A stretch of DNA of 64,000 nt from Bacillus subtilis subsp. subtilis str. 168 (GTDB lineage: Bacteria; Bacillota; Bacilli; Bacillales; Bacillaceae). The notes below the pieces were generated by a model that worked only from the letters and a program-made list of their open reading frames with translations, did not search any database and was not told the DNA's origin. Each line of letters opens with the position of its first letter. Position 1 is the stretch's first letter. This document shows positions 61,285 through 64,000 of this stretch, piece by piece. Position numbers and translations under genes: made by a program. The stretch is taken from positions 2,790,001-2,854,000 of the forward strand of contig NC_000964.3 in NCBI RefSeq assembly GCF_000009045.1. Reading direction: 5' to 3'.

Positions 61285-62140
61285 ATAATTGGTAAGACTG
61301 GTATGCACCCAGAAGCCTCACTTTGCAGCCGAGTGCTTCAAGCTCCTGCATGGCCCCTGGAATCAATACATCATCAAACGCTTTCTCAATATCAATAATA
61401 AAGAAATAATGGCCTAATCCGGTTTTAGTCGGACGTGACTCAATTTTTGACAGGTTTAAATTTCTCCAAGAAAATGCAGACAGCACTCTATGCAGCGCCC
61501 CGGACTGATCATCCTGCGGCAGCATGACCATTAAGGTCGTTTTGGGCCTAGAGCTCAATTTTGAATTCACTTCAAAAGATATGTTTTCATCGGGAGACAG
61601 GATAACAAATCTTGTATGATTGTCCCTATAATCCTGTATATCCCGTTTCACGATTTTTAATTCGTATGTAGAAGCTGCCATATCATTGGCAATGACCCCG
61701 ATATTCAGCTCGGGATGGTCACTGACAAACTTTGCTGCCGCCCCGGTAGAATTGGCGTATTCATATGGAACGGAAGGAAAATGTCGATGAAGAAATTTAT
61801 GGCATTGCGCAATCGCGTGTGAATGTGAGTAAATTTTGTCGAGCTCTTTCCATGCATTCTCTCTTGAGGGATGGACGAGCAAGTGCTGGTGAATCGGCAA
61901 CGTCATTTCACCCACGATTGGCAAAGGCTGTTCATGTATTAAATAGTCTATTGTTAGATTAACAGATCCTTCTAAAGCATTTTCCAAAGGAACAAAAGCA
62001 AAATCAACTTCGCCTGCAACGGCTGCATCTATACACTCCGGAATGGTGCGGTAAGCAACATGTTCGGCGCCGTTTTGAAAACAAGAACTGACTGCTAGAT
62101 GTGTAAATGTAGCTGCTGGACCTAAATAACCGACTTTCAT
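61283..62140 (-). CDS. pheA: Prephenate dehydratase
   Basis: YLGPAATF, PLENALEG, NHTRF, NLSKIESRP. Confidence 0.97.
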   Translation of the reverse strand: MKVGYLGPAATFTHLAVSSCFQNGAEHVAYRTIPECIDAAVAGEVDFAFVPLENALEGSVNLTIDYLIHEQPLPIVGEMTLPIHQHLLVHPSRENAWKELDKIYSHSHAIAQCHKFLHRHFPSVPYEYANSTGAAAKFVSDHPELNIGVIANDMAASTYELKIVKRDIQDYRDNHTRFVILSPDENISFEVNSKLSSRPKTTLMVMLPQDDQSGALHRVLSAFSWRNLNLSKIESRPTKTGLGHYFFIIDIEKAFDDVLIPGAMQELEALGCKVRLLGAYQSYQL

Positions 62141-62156
62141 GACGATTTTCTCTCCC

Positions 62157-62600
62157 TTATGCACCTGAACCTAATATTTCAACCTTTTCTACAAAATCAA
62201 ACTTCCTGAGCTTATTCATTAATGTATGAATGTCTTCTTCCATTGCCGACGTACTGATAGACAGTGTCACATTTGCTCTGCCTTGAAGCGGAATGGTCTG
62301 GTGAATGGAAAGAACGTTGCTTCCAGAATCAGCTACCGCCTGAAGAAGCTGAGATAACGCACCTGACCTATCCTCCAAATGAAAGAAAAGTGTGATAATT
62401 TGTTCTTTTACCATGGTGTAGAATGGAAAAACAGCATCCCTGTATTTATAAAACGCACTTCTACTTAAATCGACCTTTTGAACGGCATCTGCTACTGAAT
62501 CTGCTTTTTTTCGATCAAGCAGCTTTTTGACTTCTAATGTTTTTCTCATTGCATCGGGCAATACATCTTCACGGACAAGATAAAATGTCTCCTCTTTCAT
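62157..62600 (-). CDS. thrR: ACT-domain transcription factor ThrR (formerly PheB)
   Basis: [19 protein letters not shown]-terminal ACT domain. Confidence 0.92.
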   Translation of the reverse strand: MKEETFYLVREDVLPDAMRKTLEVKKLLDRKKADSVADAVQKVDLSRSAFYKYRDAVFPFYTMVKEQIITLFFHLEDRSGALSQLLQAVADSGSNVLSIHQTIPLQGRANVTLSISTSAMEEDIHTLMNKLRKFDFVEKVEILGSGA

Positions 62601-62614
62601 TTGCATCCCCCCTT

Positions 62615-62648
62615 TAAAATAGAGAGCCTGGCACCAGGCTCTCTTTTC
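62615..62648 (-). terminator. Hairpin between obg and thrR (weak U-tract)
   Basis: AGAGAGCCTG-gtgc-CAGGCTCTCT then ATTTT. Confidence 0.55.
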
Positions 62649-62660
62649 AGCCAACATTGA

Positions 62661-63968
<1,308 letters not shown>

Positions 63969-63980
63969 TTAAAAACTCCG

Positions 63981-64000
63981 CTAGTCCAACCCAATTTCAA
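63981..64000 (-). CDS. spo0B: Last codons of sporulation phosphotransferase Spo0B (partial)
   Basis: ...EIGLD-TAG immediately upstream of obg, matching the known spo0B-obg order. Confidence 0.7.

Overview
Core-chromosome segment of Bacillus subtilis, recognised from the translated proteins. It runs from the 5' part of pbpI to obg and the last codons of spo0B. Almost all genes lie on the minus strand. I found no prophage, IS element, rRNA, tRNA or CRISPR array. The window is rich in translation and tRNA-modification genes (trmR-trhP1-trhP2, alaS, yrvO-mnmA, tcdA, hisS-aspS, dtd, rel, queA-tgt, obg). It also holds DNA-repair genes (recD2, rarA, recJ, ruvAB), envelope and sporulation genes (mltG, reoM, yrvJ, spoVB, bofC, coxA, safA), glnQHMP, the nad cluster, two T-box riboswitches and the 6S-1 RNA. 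The strongest sequence-level observations are five. (1) dtd has lost its start codon (AAG in place of ATG). (2) The hisS-aspS T-box reads as Asn-specific (AAC specifier plus UGGC anti-acceptor), not His-specific. (3) A 40-codon ORF at 50803-50925 has its own SD, a SigE-like promoter and a terminator, within a cluster of small ORFs beside a minimal kinase. (4) A terminator-like hairpin lies in the leader of the mo5U tRNA-modification operon. (5) The greA terminator buries the pbpI ribosome-binding site. I see no clearly new multi-gene system. Gene names come from recognition of the proteins, promoters and hairpins were identified by eye, and no searches or folding programs were run.
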